From: Squalus acanthias
Taxonomy: Eukaryota
Length of the DNA: 64,000 bases
Direction: 5' to 3'
Assembly: GCA_030390025.1 (NCBI GenBank)
Contig: CM059432.1
Coordinates: forward strand, 23,376,001-23,440,000
Shown here in pieces: positions 49,464 to 61,900 of the stretch; the first letter of the stretch is position 1, and each line of letters opens with the position of its first letter. A program made the translations under genes and the position numbers. The notes beneath the pieces were generated by a model. It was not told where the DNA came from and made no database searches. It saw only the letters and a program-made list of their open reading frames with translations.

Positions 49464-49931
49464 GATAGAAAGAACTTGCATTTATATAGCGCCTTTCACG
49501 ACCTCAGGATGTCCCAAAGCGCTTTACAGCCAATGATGTACTTTTGAAGCGTAGTCACTGTTGCAATGTAGGAAACACAGCGGCCAATTTGTGCACAGCA
49601 AGATCCCACAAACAGCAACGTGATAATGACCAGATAATCTGTTTAGTGAGGTTGGTTGAGGGATAAATATTGGGCAGGACACCGGGGAGAAATCCCCTGC
49701 TCTTCTTCAAAATAGTTTTTTTTTATTTGCTTGTGGGATCTGGACATCGCTGGCAATGCCAACATTTATTGCCCATCCCTAGTTGCCCTTGAGAAGGTGG
49801 TGGTGAGCCGCCTTCTTGAACCGCTGCAGTCCGTGGGATCTTTTACGTCCACCTGAGAGGACAGACTGGGCCTCGGTTTAACGTCTCATCTGAAAAATGG
49901 CACCTTTGGCAGTGCAGCACTCCCTCAGTAC
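49464..49931 (-). mobile_element. SacSINE1-like SINE interrupted by a poly(A)-tailed non-LTR 3' fragment (49716-49832)
   Basis: Colinear with 27012-27476 except for a ~117-bp insert that begins with a T run. Confidence 0.8.
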
Positions 49932-50924
49932 AGGTGAAGAGATGCCCTAAATTCTACACTTTACCTATCAACTATACTTGATTGCATTCGAACAATGTTA
50001 ATTATGAATCTTGACTGAAATATAATGAGGGGGTGGGAGATGGAGCAGGGTATCTGGAACTGTGGAAAATTCACTAAAATATTGACCATATTAATATCAG
50101 TATAGAAATTAATAAGACAGGCTGCCATGCACAGAGAGGAGTTGAAGTCTGGAGCTGAGCAAGGGAACCTCTATCAGATGACAAGCTTCTTCCTGTATCC
50201 TATCTAGGAGTCAAAGAGAGATGTTGGAAAGTATTCACGTTTTGAACAGACATGAGCTTTAAGAGAGCTAAAAGTTGTTTCGAGAAGCTCTCCAGTGACT
50301 GACCTGGTTAAGACAGTGACTAGCTCAGCCATAAATAATAGCAAAACCTCAGATTTAGGTCCCGGTCTGCGCTCTGTTAGCTGACCTCATCTGAGGTGGT
50401 GGCAAGGGTACTGTAATTAACCTCATCACCCAGCATAATGAGACAAAAATCAGCCAAGGTGTCCACTCATGAATGTTATTCCGTGACCCCCTGCTGGAAG
50501 TATACATGTGTGGACATCAGACAACGACAGGATCAGCTTCAGCTTTGATTCCCCCCCACCCCGCCCCTCCCCCTGTCCCTCCGTATCTTGACAACACTCA
50601 CTGTTTGGACTCACACATGAAGAATGGTAACTTGGGTTATGTACCAAAGGTGGAGCTGTCCCACAGCAAGGCATTAACACTTTAAGGATAAAAGGATGGA
50701 AAGGATGAATATTGGCAGATAAAAAAGGATTTAAAAAAGCTGTTATGGAGAAAGGAAAAGGTGTGGAAAAAATTCAAGCTTCCGAGAGATAATTTTAACA
50801 ATGAAAAAAATATGGGAGTTCCATTCAAGGTCAAAGGAGAGATTGCAAGGGTGGAGCCATTAAATGTAAGAGGCCGTGGTTGGTGGCTAGATTATGAGGG
50901 ACATTACAAGATCATAAGGTAGAT

Positions 50925-51445
50925 GCAGATGAGAGAGATCATTTAGTTCATCCTAGCTCATCCATTCAGAGAAACACGTACGTAGCCCCGTCATGTTATC
51001 TAACTAACTCTTGAATTAATCCAAGGTATTCACCATGACTAATTCACTCGGAAGACCATTCCAAGTGTTAATCACTATTTCAAAAAGTTCTTCCTAACAT
51101 CTGCCCTAAACTTTCCTTTCACCAATTTTAAACCAGGTCTCCTGGTTCTATTGTCCTAGCAGACTTTGAAGTAATACTCCAGATTAACCTTATCCATGCC
51201 ACTTAGCATCTTATATACTTGTATAAGATCTCTTTTCAGTCACCTCATTTCAAGGCAAAAGACCTCCAGTTTCTCCAGTCTTTCCTCATTACTCAATCCT
51301 TTGATGCTTGTGGTTCTTCTTTGCACCACCTCCATGACTTGAATATTTCTTTAAGTGTTGGTGACCAAAACTGAATACAGTACTTGAGCTGTGTTCTGAT
51401 CATGGCACTGCACAGTTTTAGAATGACATTTTCCAGCTTATAGTC
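50925..51445 (-). mobile_element. Degraded CR1 LINE 3' fragment
   Basis: Reverse strand gives [33 protein letters not shown]-like sequence. Confidence 0.7.
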
Positions 51446-51727
51446 AACCAACCGATTTAGGATGCTAGAGGGATGGTAGAGGCTGAGGATTCCAATGGAA
51501 ATGAGTTCTGCCAGATTGTGCTAGTTTATGGACTCACTCTACCATCTTGTCAGGCCTGGGGTAAGTGTTTGAAGCCCTCAAATGAAGTAGAGCTGATCAT
51601 CATTACAGTATGCAAAAGGGGGTGGGGATGGCCACCACAAACATAGGAACATACAAAATTGACAGGCAGGAAAAGACCAGCTGGTCCATCAAGCCTGCCT
51701 CACACTCATGATGGCCCGAGCATCATG

Positions 51728-52180
51728 AAAGAAAGAAAGACTTGCTTTTATATAGCGCCTTTCATGACCACCAGATGTCTCAAAGCACTTTACAGACAAT
51801 GAAGTACTTTTGAAGTGTTGTCACTGTTGTAATGTAGGAAACACAGCAGCCAATTTGCGCACAGCAAGCTCCCACAAACAGCAATGTGATAAAGACCAGA
51901 TAATCTGTTTATTGTTATGTTGATTGAGGGATAAATATTGGCCAGGACACCGGCGATAACTCCCTTGCTCTTCTTCGAAATCGTGCCATGGGATCTTTTA
52001 CATCCACCTGAGAGAGCAGACGGGGCCTCAGTTTAACGTTTTATCCGAAAGACAGCATCTCTGACAGTGCAGCACTCCCTCAGCCTAGATTTTTGTACTC
52101 AAGTCCCTGGAGTGGGACTGTGAACCCACAACCTTCTGACTCAGAGACGAGAGTGCTACCCACTGAGCCAAAGCTGACAC
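51728..52180 (-). mobile_element. Full-length SacSINE1-like tRNA-derived SINE
   Basis: A box TGGCTCAGTGGG, B-box region, (tttc)n tail; flanked by catcatga / catcctga as a probable TSD. Confidence 0.85.
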
Positions 52181-52729
52181 ATCCTGACGAAACACTTCCT
52201 CCCTCCTGCCCCCAAACCCACAGCCATGTAATCTCCTGGGAGAGGCAAGAAAACAGACAAAAAAATCCAAGGCCAATAAGGAAAAAAATACACTGGAAAA
52301 TTCCTCTCCGACCCCCTCAGGTGATCGAAACCTGTTCAGGAGATCACATGGACCAAGTGTTATCTATAAAGACACTTACCTTCTGTATGATGTGATAGCT
52401 GCCCAAGTCAAGAACCTGTCCAGCTCCCTCTTGAAGGCATACCGAGAGCCAGTACCCACCATACCAGTCAGCAATGTATTCCAGAGGCTCACTACTCTCT
52501 GGGAAAAGAAGAAACGTCTAACATCCAATCTATTCCTACTCTTATCATAGTTTAAACTCGTGCCCCTTGGTCCTCCCCAATCATTGGAATAATCTATCAA
52601 TAGACATGTTAGCCAGCCCTTTAATTATTTTATCGACCTCTGTCAGGTCACCTCTAAGTCTACACTGCTTTAAAATAAATATGAGAAGTCGCACAACACC
52701 AGGTTATAGTCCAACAGATTTATTTAATT

Positions 52730-52767
52730 TTACAAGCTTTCGGAGCTGTCGCTCCTTCGTCAGGTAA
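52730..52767 (-). ncRNA. Identical hammerhead-like motif on the opposite strand
   Basis: Exact reverse complement of 52964-53001. Confidence 0.7.
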
Positions 52768-52963
52768 GTTAGCAATGAGAGAATCTCCCAGAATTCACAA
52801 TTTAAACCCAGACAAAATCTATTCACATTATTCGCTACAACAAAGAGCACAGCCAAGACAATGAGATGTGTCCCAGGGGGTCCAACGTGTCAAACCACCT
52901 GCTGGCTGCATATCCTGTCAAAGGTTTAAATTGTGAATTCTGGGAGATTCTCTCATTGCTAAC

Positions 52964-53001
52964 TTACCTGACGAAGGAGCGACAGCTCCGAAAGCTTGTA
53001 A
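52964..53001 (+). ncRNA. Minimal type I hammerhead ribozyme-like motif
   Basis: UUAC-CUGACGA-A-GGAGC(GACA)GCUCC-GAAA-GC-U-U-GUAA: core, 5-bp stem II, palindromic AGCU stem III, stem I UUAC/GUAA. Confidence 0.7.
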
Positions 53002-54424
53002 AATTAAATAAATCTGTTGGACTATAACCTGGTGTTGTGCGACTTCTCATTTTTGTCCACCCCAGTCCAACGCCGGCATCTCCACATCATTAAAATAAAT
53101 AGACCAAGGTCCTTGAACCTATCTGAGTAGCTGAGATTCTTTGAGCTGGAAATCACACCGTTTTCCAACCTACATGCATGCTGGATGACGAGTATTCAGG
53201 ATGACGTGTGAGACATTGGCAGGAACATGGCCTCAGACAGAGCTGCAGGTGGGAGGGCCTTTAAAAGGCCCATAAAACTTTAAGGTAACTGTACTAGGCT
53301 TTTTAAAGGCCCTTCTTGTAGTTTTTAAAACAATTATTTTCCTCCAGCTGGTACTTGAGCTTTCATGACCTTTTGTACCAGTTCCTGTTATTCATTTATT
53401 TTGCCCCGTGCTCCCTTTATTGGCACCAGAGGGTTTGCCCCCAATCCTTTGCGTTGACATGTCCAGAGGAAAAGGGGACCAGCAGGAAGATGTAAGTTAG
53501 GTCAGGGTGCCCAAGAGGTGCTCTGTGGCTTCCTGTCTGCCGACACCTCGACCGCACCCTATATTTGAAGAGGTAGCAAACCTCACCTTGGGAGACATTG
53601 TTGGTAGAGGTTTCTTGTCCCGGTAAAAGCTACACCAGCAGACCCACGGTGTCATCACAATGAGACGTGAATCCTGTCTTACCCTTATGCGGGAAAGTTC
53701 ATCGGAAGCATCCCAATGACAACATACCATCCTTTGCATGTATTGCATGAAAGAAGGCAAGGTGATTTGGAGTCAGCATTCACTGTTTGACTGCACCTGC
53801 CAAGATGCCACCAACCATTTGTATGGGCCCTGACAAATCCGCCTGGGAATGACTGTGGAAACCTGCCTTCTCACAGGCCACAGCTGACTGTTACTTGCCC
53901 TGTACATGTGCAAGATTCTGCTCCACGATAGCCACAGGTGTCCTTGCAGCAGATGGCAAAGCTCAGTATCTTTTCTGGATTGGCAGATTCAATTTGAGTT
54001 ACAGACAATTTCTTTCTCTTATCAATGGTTTCATTCTTAACCCCTTCTGACATTGCACTTGAAGTTGTGAATGATTATTGAAATGAGGACAAAGGGATAA
54101 TTGAGGGATTCAGCAGGTCCTAAAGCATTGCCTACCAAATTAGAATTGCTTTACGCTTGAAGATGAAAATCACCCCTGTTAAATGTTGCATTTACTTTTA
54201 CTCCTAGATCCCTTTCTGATTCACCTTTAACTAATTCTAAAACTTCTACAGTATATTTACAACATCTATTTTTTCTACCTTGCACTTATTTGTTTTATAT
54301 TTCACCCTAATTGCAAATTTTATTTAATTGTTTTGTAGGTACCTGCCTGCTTCACTGATCGCAACTCTCCTGCCACTCCCCCACCCCCAGTTTAATATTA
54401 CCTGAGAACTTATCATAGAATCAG

Positions 54425-56024
54425 GGGGCTGGATTTTCTCAATGGGGAGCTTTTGGAGCCGGGATACCCACTTGTCGGGTTTTAGTCCCGCCTCCATCGA
54501 CTTGTGGCCAACCCACGCTATTTTCCCTTGCTTGGACCTTGTTAAGCCCGCCCAGCAGGCTTAGCAGGCCAATTAAGGGAAAGCCGGTTACAGGTGACGT
54601 CAGTGAGTGACGTTTCAACTGTCAAGCGCTTTTGACGGATGAAATGTCAGCGTTTGACGGCTCTGTGAAGCTGGCAAACACTGACAATCTGTCCTCTAAG
54701 ATGAGCCCTTCCACTCCGGCTCACTTAGAGATATCTCCTGAGCAGAAAGCAGAGGCTGCAGCTTTTGACAGTTCAGCAGCCATTCTGTTTTCTGTGCCGG
54801 TGAGATGAGGGACTCCCGCGACCCGAAAGGTTGAAGCCTGCAGGAAGAAGTAAAGGTAAGTTAAACTTATTGGCCCAGAAATTAAACAGTGAGGGTTCCC
54901 GCGGGGGTAAGGATTCCCCGCGATATCGCACTCCGCGCCTACCTTTTTGCTCCGGGCCCACACGAACTTTAGTTTGAATGGCTCTGTCTCTTGGAACCAT
55001 GCAGTGCTTGCGTGACCCAGAGACGCAATTAATTCGTGCGAGCTCTGGGATCACGTGATTCAGTTAGAGCCAATGGCAGCACACCATCTTTCATTCATAG
55101 TTTTGACAGGAAGACCTGTCAAAGCTATGAATACTACACACCCCCAAAAGAACAGCTAAACCTCAATTAAATTTAAAAAAAAGCCATCACATTAATAAAA
55201 TAAGTATAGTTAAATAAATTAACCACTTTAAACAAAAAATTAAATTTTTGAAAAAATTTAAAATCTTTTTAAAAGTTATAAAAATAAACTTACCTTTCTT
55301 TAAAGTCTCTAAAAAAGATAAACCTGTTGAAAAAAATTTAAAATAGCACTTAATTAACTACTTACCTTGTTAAAAGGGTGTCATACGCCTGCTTTTTTTA
55401 TGTGTAAAATCTTCACCACTTACCTGCGCGTTCAAAGCTGAAAAAATAACTAAGTGCACTGCGTGCGCACAGCCTGTAACGCACACGCGGTTCACTTAGG
55501 AACCGCCCCCTTTTGAATTCACGAAGTGCCGGTTTCCCGCGCATGCGCAGTGCATGCAGGAAACCGGCAATTGGAGACCTAATACGCGAGAGTACACAGT
55601 GCGTACTCTCGCGTATTAGGTCTAATTTTCGGGCCATTAAAACACTTTACACTCACCTCACACACTCACCTCTCCACACTTGCACCCATCACTCACCTGC
55701 ACACCGGATATCTCGACCCTCCGACCCCCGCAGACCCATGGCTCGCCTCGCTGACCCTGGCGAGGTTCGGAGCCGTCAGGAAGCCCATACTTCAGGGCTG
55801 AAAATAGGGATTCTCCAAAAACTGCCTGTTAGCAGGCAGTTAATTGGCACTAATCCCCTTCCCGCCTCAGGGAGGCGGCTCCCAGCGCGGGTCGGGTACC
55901 CGCCTCCTGGGAAGATGGCGCGGAGGCGGGTTGAGGGCGGGATGGGTACCCGCCCCCAGATTCTGCCATTTTCCCGGCAGTCCCACCTCCTTACCCGCCT
56001 CCCCAGGGCTGGCAAAATCGCCCC
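54425..56024. mobile_element. Non-autonomous Harbinger element containing a nested element, inserted in a CR1 tail
   Basis: Ends GGGGCTGGATTTT / AAAATCGCCCC; flanks atcatagaatcag and catagaatcatagaat are halves of a CR1 (attctatg)n tail. Confidence 0.72.
54872..55635. mobile_element. Nested Harbinger-like MITE
   Basis: TIRs GGCCCAGAAATTA / TAATTTTCGGGCC, TSD ATT (54869-54871, 55636-55638); 21-bp perfect subterminal hairpin 55575-55623. Confidence 0.8.
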
Positions 56025-56025
56025 C

Positions 56026-56975
56026 ATAGAATCATAGAATGGTTACAACATGGAAGAAGGCCATTCGGCCCGTCGAACCCGTGCTAGCTCTCTGCAAGAG
56101 CACTTCAGCTAGTCCAACTTCCCCGCTTTTTCCCCGTAGCCCTGCAAATTTTTTTGTTTCAGATACTTATCCAACTCCTTCTTGAAAGCCGTGATTGAAT
56201 CTGCCTCCACCACCCTTTCACACAGTGCATTCCAGATCCTAACCACTCGCTGTTTAAAAAAGTTTTTTCTTACGTCACCTTTGGTTCTTTTGCCAATCAC
56301 CTTAAATCTGTGTCCTCTAGTTCTGGGAACAGTTTCTCTCTATCTACTCTGTCCAGACCCCTCATGATTTTGAACACCTCTATCAAATCTCGTCTCAATC
56401 TTCTCTGCTCTAAGGAGAGCAACCCTGCTTCTCCAGTCTATCAACGTAACTGAAGTCCCTCATCCCTGGAATCATTCTCGTAAATCTTTTCTGCACCCTC
56501 TCTAAGGCCTTCACATCCTTCCTAAAGTGCGCTGTCCAGAATTGGACACAATATTCCAGTTGAGGCCAAACCAGTGTTTTATACAGGTTCATCATAATTT
56601 CCACACTTTTGTGCTCTACACCTCTATTCATGAAGCCCAGAACTGCTTTCTCAATCTGCCCTGCCACCTTCAACGATTTGTGCATATATATCCCTCGGTC
56701 TCTCTGTTCATGCACCTCCTTTAGGATTGTACCCTTTAGTTTATATTTCCTCTCATTCTTTCTACCAAAATGTATCACTTCGCATTTTTCTGCATTAAAT
56801 TTCATCTGCCACGTGTCTGCCCATTCCACCAGCCTGTCTATGTCTTCCTGAAGTCTATCACTATCCTCCTCACTGTTCACTATACTTCCAAGTTTTGTAT
56901 CATCTGCAAATTTTGAAATTGTGCCCTGTATACCCACATCCAAGTCATTAATATATATCAAGAAAAGCAGTGACC
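56026..56975 (-). mobile_element. CR1 LINE 3' fragment
   Basis: [26 protein letters not shown]...LEYCVQFW in ORF 56410-57135; C-terminus in 56109-56300. Confidence 0.92.
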
Positions 56976-57019
56976 AGTTTGTGTTGAGAGTTTCTGCATC
57001 TAAGTGATTAATGTAGATT

Positions 57020-58985
57020 ACAATCATAGAATTATAGAAATTTATGGCACAGAATGAAGCCATTCTACCCATCGTATCTGTGCCAGCCGAAAAGGATCCA
57101 TTCAGCTTAATCCCACTTTCCAGCTCTTGATCCATAGCCCTGTGGGTTATGGCACTTCCAGTGCATATCCAAGTAAGTTTTAAATGCGATGAGGGTTTCT
57201 GCCTCTAATGCCCTTTCAGGCAGTGAGTTCCAGATCCCCACCACCCTCTGGGTGAAAAATATTCTCCTCAACTCCCCTCTAAACTTTCTACCAATTACTT
57301 TAAATCTATGCCTCCTGGCTATTGACCTCTCTGATAAGGGAAATAGGTCCTTCCTATCCACTCTATCTAGGTCCCTCATAATTTTATACAGCTCAATTAA
57401 GTCTCCCCTCAGCCTCCTCTGTTCCAAAGAAAACTACCCCAACCTATCCAATCTTTCCTCATAGCTAAAATTCTCCAGTCCTGGCAACATCCTCATAAAT
57501 CTCCTCTGTACCCTCTCTAGTGCAATCACATCTTTCCTGTAATGTGGTGATCAGAACTGTATGCAGTACGCTAGCTGTGGTCTAACTAGTGTTTTATACA
57601 GTACAAGCATAACCTCCCTGCTCTTATACTCTATGCCTTGGCTAATAAAGGAAACATACCCCGTTTGCCTTCTACCTGTCCTGCTCCCTTCAGGAATCTG
57701 TGGACATGCACTCAAGGTCCCTCTGTTCCTCTACATTTCTCAGTATCCTACCATTTATTGTGTATTCCCTTGCCTTGTTAGCCCTCCCCAAATGCATTAC
57801 CTCACACTTTTCCGGATTGAATTCCATTTGTCAATGTTCTGCCCACCTGACTAGTCCATTGATATCTTCCTGCAGTCAACAGCTTTCTTCCTCACTATCA
57901 ACCAATTTTTGTATCATCTGCAAACTTCTTAATCATGCCCCCTACAATGAAGTCTAAATCATTGATAGACACCACAAAAAACAAGGGGCCTAGTACTGAG
58001 CCCAGCGGAAACACCTGTCGACCATTACACTTTGTTTCCTGCCACTGAGCCGATTTTGGATCCAACTTGCCACTTTTCCTTGGATCCCATGGGCTTTTAC
58101 TTTTCTGACCAGTCTGCCACGTGGGACCTTGTCAAAAGCCTTGCTAAAATCCATGTAGACTACATGAAACACGCTACCCTCATCGATCCTCCTCAACATT
58201 TTTTATCAAGTTAGTTAGACACGACCTTCTCTTAACAAATCTATGCTGACTGCCCTGGATTAATCTGTGCCTTTCTAAATCACGATTCATACAGTCTCTC
58301 AGAATTTTTTCCAATAATTTTCCCACCACTGTGGTTATGCTGACTGGCCTGTAATTACTCGATCTATCCCTTTCTCCCTTTTTAAACAACGGTACAACAT
58401 TAGCAGTCCTCCAGTCCCCTGGTACCACACCTGTAGCCAGAGAGGATTGGAAAATGATGGTCAGAGCCTCCACTATTTCCTCCCATGCTTCTCTTAACAG
58501 CCTAGGATTTATTTCATCCGGGCCTGGCGATTTATCTACTTTCAAAGATGCTAAACCCCTTGATACTTCCTCTCTCACTATGTTTATCTCACCTAATATT
58601 TCACACTCCTCCTCGTTAACTACAATGTCTGTATCGTCCCTCTCTTTTGTTAAGACAGACGCAAAGTATTCTTTAAGAACCATACCCACGTCTTTTGCCT
58701 CAACACACAGGTTACCTTCTTGGTCTCTAATAGGCCCTACTCTTTCCTTAGTTATCCTCTTGCTCTTTATGCATTTATAAAACATCTTTGGGTTTTCCTT
58801 GATTTTACTTGCCAATATTTTTTCATGCCCTCTCTTTGCTTTCCTAATTTCCTTTTTAATTTCACCCCTGCACTTTCTATACTCCTCTAGGCTTTCTGCA
58901 GTATTGAGCTCTCGGTTTCTGATATAAGCTTTCCTTTTTTGCCTTAACATCCCCTTCTACCCCTTGACATCCAGGGGGCTCTAGA
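57020..58985 (-). mobile_element. CR1 LINE fragment (RT region to 3' tail), frameshifted
   Basis: [32 protein letters not shown] and LRGDLIELYK across ORFs 58180-58950, 57990-58199 and 57107-57427. Confidence 0.92.
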
Positions 58986-58989
58986 TGTG

Positions 58990-61900
58990 GGAGTCCCACC
59001 CTTTTAAGAACAGTAGTGACCACAGCACTAAACCCTGCACACTCTGGCAGCGGACAGCAGGCAAACTTCGCAAATGGAGAAATGGCTACAAGAGGACCAG
59101 AGAAGGCACAGAGTTCTCTGATGCAGCATTGGAGGCCGTACTCTAGGTAGTGAACAGGAGGAGGAAGATCCCGTTCCCTCCAGGAGGCAGGAGGTTCTCT
59201 AGGCAACACCTCCGCCACCAGTGGGAAGGGGTCGCTGAAGAGGTCAATGTCAGGAGCTTAGCTCTCCGGGCACGGCTGTGATGCCGAAAGAAGTACTATC
59301 ACCTCACCGGAGTTGTCAAGGTAAAAATCTTACCTCTCAGCTCAATTATTCATTCCTTACACTTGCAGCACCTGCAGCCTGAATAATCAGAATACGCCCC
59401 TCTCCCGCTTCCTTTCACTCTTATACAATTACTGCACCACACTTCACTCTACCTCCTTCTCCTACTCACATACTCTACACTTCCTACTCTCACCACTATA
59501 GCAGCCCTAACTCCCTCACACCTCACATCTTCCACACAACATATTTGACTATGACAGGCACTTTGTTTAACCTCACCTTACAAAGATGTCACTAACACTT
59601 TCCCTTCTTTCTTGCAGGAGAAGTTTGTGCACAAATTGTGACAGGAGGAGGAAGCTAAGCCCTCTTTCACATGCTCTGACCTGTGGAAGAAAATATGATG
59701 GCCATCACAAGCAGGAGGGGAGTCATGGCAATGCTGGAAGAGATGTCGTTCAGAATTTCTTCCCACCTTATCCTCTTTCTCCTCCTTTCTTACTTCTATC
59801 TCTCCCTACACACTCTGCATGACAAATTGCAGATGCTTTCACCAGCCACTTCTCTTTCTCTGCTCTCTCCCTTCACATTAAAAGCTAAACCTTGTCCCCC
59901 TCTTTCATTTCAATTGCTGAAAATGTGGACGCCCAGGATGAATGAATCATGACTGTTGCCAGAAAACCAGGAACAGCCCTGCATGATGCTTTGCTTGTGG
60001 TCACAGAACAGCTGAACATTGAGGGAGTGGAATCCCTATCTATTCAGAAAGGTACCAGCCTGGTGATGGAGAGCACACAAGGCAATATGGGTGTAGTCTA
60101 TGACATCTTGCACCCTGGGGAAGCCTGCAATGCAGGCAAAGGCTCTTTCTCCTGCTTTGCTCTATCCATTGGGAAAGAGATGTAACTGTTCCTCCTGAGT
60201 TAGAGAGCCTGGGTGACCTTCCTGATACAGCGGCGAACAGCAAACTGTCACTGATGTCACCTGCTGCAGCCTAGAAGGAGCCTGTTGCATAAAAGTTAAA
60301 GGCCACAGGCAGTGCTGTCAATGCCCTGGTGTGAAGCTCGAGTTGTGGTTGCAGCAGGTGACATAGCTCGTCATAGCCTCCTTGGTGAAGCGAAGACTCC
60401 TTGCTGTAGGGGGTGGTGGTTTGTGTCAGCTTCACCTCTGACTTCTGAGCGGTTCGAATCGCTCCCACTCCCTTGGTTCTAGACCTTGGACTTATTTGGG
60501 GGTTGTGATAAAAGGTGCAGCAGACAACTGAGTTTGATGAAAAGAACTTCAATCTTTATTAAGAGGTAGTACACAAATAATAACACTCAACACTCTAAAG
60601 GTGGGGAACACTTCGGTACAAGCGAGGGAAATGACAGTAGAACAATACTTCACCCCTCCCAACCCCACTTTACTAGCTAAGTTAGGCTTTGAAGGACCAG
60701 GGATAATGCTCACCAATCCTTTTACAGTTGGGCTAAATCGCGGTTTTGGGGTTCGTTGTTTATGGCGGTTAGTGTCTGCCGTACCCCGTACGCAGTAGAG
60801 GACTTCACCTGGGTCTCTGGTCAGTCTTCGCGAGTCCGCTGATGCGGTAGGATGTCGGTTTGGATTTATCTGGTGAGTACCCAATTTCTTTCGGTTAGCA
60901 ATAGGGTTTAGAGTCTTTGGGAAAATCTTACCCAGGGGTAAGTCAGGAGTAGATTGTAGAGTGGAAACTTGGCGGTTTTTCAGGTTTTCTTCCCTTGAGT
61001 TGGTCTTTGTTGGTCGTGGTGGCCTGCTATTACCCGCTCAGTTGGGGGTAATATGCGGTTGTTGGTTTCTTGAGGCCTTTGGTTTCCGCGACGGTTTTAG
61101 GCCTTGTCTAGTGTGTCGGTCGACCTCGTGGAGCCGTTGGTGACTTGTTGCTGCTTGTTGCTCCGGGTGACTGTGTTGGGACCGTTGTTGGAGGTCCGTC
61201 GAGGTGGTATCTTCACGAGCTGGACTCAGGTGTGTCTGAGTGGTGAGCGATGCCGACTCGCTTCCAGCTCGACTTGGGTCTGTGATGTTGCCCCTTGTCT
61301 CCACACTCGACTGTGTGTGTGTGATGCTGATGACCCGCTTGACTCGACTGTCGAACCGCTTAACAGGCCTTCAATTATATTAAATTGAAGTGGCCTTATC
61401 TGCCCGCCAAATCTGCTCAGTCCATTGTCTGGTTTTGGTGGGCTCGTTAACGGTAACGACTTTACTAGCGTGTTAACTGGTTTTTAACAGGCCTTCAATC
61501 TCACCCATTGAACATGGCCTTATCTACCCGCCAAATCTGCTTGGTTCTTTGTCTGATTTTGGCGGGCTAATTACCAGTAACTGTTCTGTAAGTGTCAAAT
61601 GGCTTTTGGGATGGCTTGCATCCTGTCGATCTCCTCAGTTGATCACTGGTGATTGATTTTGTGTTTGGTTTTCTAGGCTGGACTCGGTCTTTCTATAGAA
61701 TGGGTCTGAGTGGGTTTTATTATGCATGTTTCTGATGGGCCCTGTAATCGGTTTTGATGGGGCCTGTATTTTGGGTGGGACTGTCTTCTCCCAGGGTCTA
61801 TTGTTCAAATGTTAATGTCTGCTGGGGCTTGAGTGAGGTCATCCCGGTTCCCCAGACAGTGTAATTAACTGCAATAGCCAAACTGCTTTTACAGAGGTCT

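Larger units (their letters stand above)
52681..53089. mobile_element. Penelope-like fold-back insertion (inverted pLTR pair)
   Basis: Perfect 128-bp inverted repeat (52681-52808 / 52923-53050), 114-bp spacer, 39-bp tail, 11-bp flanking direct repeat ttaaaataaat (52670-52680, 53090-53100). Confidence 0.85.
51640..53150 (-). mobile_element. CR1 3' fragment carrying nested SINE and Penelope-type insertions
   Basis: ORF 52376-52600 RFFFSQRVVSLWNTL...FKRELDRFL; host sequence resumes on both sides of each insert. Confidence 0.75.

Noticed and set aside
53200..53900. Possible further Harbinger relic
   Set aside because: Only vague similarity; no TIR, TSD or clear protein motif.
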